DNA of 63,970 nucleotides, counting the filler, from Lenisia limosa (lineage: Eukaryota; Protista; Breviatea): assembly GCA_001655205.1 (NCBI GenBank). It is 6 parts of 6 records of this genome, joined end to end, with 100 filler letters (N's around TTAATTAATTAA, not from the genome) between each part and the next. Parts side by side here need not be neighbours in the genome. Positions count along the whole stretch, not along the records: positions 62,461 to 63,970 come from LPNZ01009844.1; 5 more parts are not named here. The stretch is one strand, 5' to 3'. The position numbers and the translations under genes were made by a program. Within the stretch, counting starts at the first letter, position 1. Each line of letters starts with the position of its first letter. This document shows positions 63,904 to 63,970 of the stretch, piece after piece. The notes beneath the pieces were generated by a model. It was given only the letters and a program-made list of their open reading frames with translations. It made no database searches and was not told the origin of the DNA.

Positions 63904-63970
63904 GTGGGGGGGGGGTGACGAATAAGGGTTGACAAGGTGGTATGATGATATGGGGAGAGGTAATGAAATT

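Overview
Eukaryotic nuclear DNA from an AT-rich, very intron-dense genome (exons mostly 40-120 nt, GT-AG introns), probably a protist; the taxon cannot be fixed from sequence alone. The window is not one locus. Five identical 100-nt spacers (44 N + TTAATTAATTAA + 44 N, stops in all six frames) join six separate scaffolds, so synteny across them is meaningless. Genes recognisable after manual splicing: a Nopp140/SRP40-like nucleolar protein, two ankyrin-repeat genes, a DEK_C-like protein, a coiled-coil protein with two tandem TIR domains, a CLU1/Clueless homologue, a Sushi + RCC1-like repeat protein, and several unassignable multi-exon genes. Introns carry many small non-autonomous elements: a hAT-type MITE (family A, about 25-30 copies, many with 8-bp TSDs), a related MITE (D), a ~160-bp unclassified repeat (B), a minisatellite-bearing repeat (C) and a decayed Tc1 DD34E transposase. 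Most notable: the tandem-TIR protein with both candidate catalytic Glu positions retained, a family-B copy wrapped around ~740 bp that includes the 5' end of 18S rRNA, and recurrent G-runs after donors and C-runs before acceptors. Most provided six-frame ORFs are spurious. All family assignments come from motif recognition by eye, not database searches.
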